Shown here piece after piece: positions 19,679 to 20,583 of a DNA stretch of 20,583 bases. A model generated the notes under the pieces. That model worked only from the letters and a program-made list of their open reading frames with translations, did no database searches and had not been told where the DNA came from. The position numbers and the translations under genes were made by a program. Position 1 is the first letter of the stretch; every line of letters starts with the position of its first letter. Source of the stretch: Toensbergia leucococca (lineage: Eukaryota); NCBI GenBank assembly GCA_022813965.1, contig JALDZS010000046.1, forward strand, positions 124,001 through 144,583. The letters run 5' to 3'.

Positions 19679-20507
19679 ATGTCAGATAATCCCACCTCAC
19701 CCCTCTTGGGCGAAGAAGAAGCCCAACAATCCAGGGCCCGACGACCTGCCTCTCAAAGGTCGAAAGCCTCAGCGCCATCGAAACACTCGCAAGCCTCTGT
19801 TCATTCCGAAGAATCTACCCCTCTACTCTCCCGAGACGTCGATCAACGAAATTATGGAAATGACACAGCAAACGGTGGAATTACTACATCCGCTGCGACT
19901 TCCCTGAGGTCCATACAGGATGGAGAAACAGGGAAAGGGAAATCGAACAGAAGATGGCCCACGATAGTCTCGTTGACTATACTGAGTTTGGTTTTCATTG
20001 TCATATTAGGCTTAGGTTTCGCGGCGCCGGCTGTCGTTGAAGAGTACGCAAAAGAAGCCATGGTGTTTGAACCTACAGAACTATCCATCGATTCTTTCAC
20101 ATCGTCAGGAGTGAGAGCAAGAATTAGAGGAGACTTTTTGCTAGATGCATCAAGGGTACACAAAAAGCCAGTTCGAGATCTTGGCCGCGCTGGAACCTGG
20201 ATTGCAAAGGCGGTCGAGAGTAAAGGGTCACAAGTGGAAGTCTACCTACCTGAATATGGAGACGTTCTGCTTGGAACAGCCGCTGTACCATCTATCGTGG
20301 TGGATATTAGAAACGGGCATACCACCCACATCGATTTCTTGAGCGATCTAGTACCCGGCGACATTGACGGTATTCGACGAATTGCGAATGACTGGCTTGA
20401 AGGCAGGCTAGGACAGTTAAGAGTCAAAGGCGTAGCAAAAGTTGCTTTGAAATCTGGAATTTTCAGTCTCGGCACACAAAGTCTCTCCCAGTCTTTGCTC
20501 TTCGAAG
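19679..20507 (+). CDS. Tag1-like / DUF3712-family single-pass membrane protein, first exon (continues beyond window)
   Basis: Disordered N-terminus with an acidic dileucine motif (EESTPLL), a TM helix after RRWP, then a beta-rich region (VFEPTELSIDSFTSSGVRARIRG...VRDLGRAGTWIA). Intron 20508-20583 (GTCAAT..GCTAAC..TAG) ends at the last base of the window. Confidence 0.75.
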
Positions 20508-20583
20508 GTCAATCTCTGTACATCCCCTATGCTTCTTGATGGAGAGGTAAAGCACCGCAAGAATATTGCTAACATCAACCTAG

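Noticed and set aside
1736..20475. Numerous antisense or alternate-frame ORFs overlapping PTC5, COX18, ALG11, palA, the DUF3984 gene, ARG3 and the Tag1-like gene
   Set aside because: Shadow ORFs of real genes with no independent motifs.
9636..20583. COX18-ALG11-palA-DUF3984-ARG3-Tag1-like block as a functional gene cluster
   Set aside because: The genes have unrelated housekeeping functions; this is ordinary compact fungal gene order with no evidence of a shared pathway.

Overview
Fungal (filamentous ascomycete, Pezizomycotina-type) nuclear DNA with short GT-AG introns and CTRAC/CTAAT branch sites. Conserved genes, left to right: RQC1/TCF25 (-, runs off the window start), PP2C pyruvate dehydrogenase phosphatase PTC5 (+, N-terminal mitochondrial presequence and C-terminal AKL PTS1), then a ~6 kb accessory interval, an orphan His/Ala heptad-repeat protein (+), COX18 (-), ALG11 (+), palA/RIM20 (+), a DUF3984-family gene (-), ornithine carbamoyltransferase ARG3/argB (-) and a TAG1/DUF3712-like membrane protein (+, runs off the end). 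The accessory interval holds a three-layer nested transposon relic: (1) a decayed DUF6589-type putative transposase; (2) an internally deleted hAT element (17-bp TIRs, degenerate 8-bp TSD) inserted into an inverted-repeat array upstream of it; and (3) a ~430-bp foreign fragment flanked by a 16-bp duplication, with splice signals on both strands, inside the transposase ORF. The window also shows repeated sharp C-rich to G-rich skew switches that ignore gene orientation. All family calls are from motif recognition; no database searches were run.
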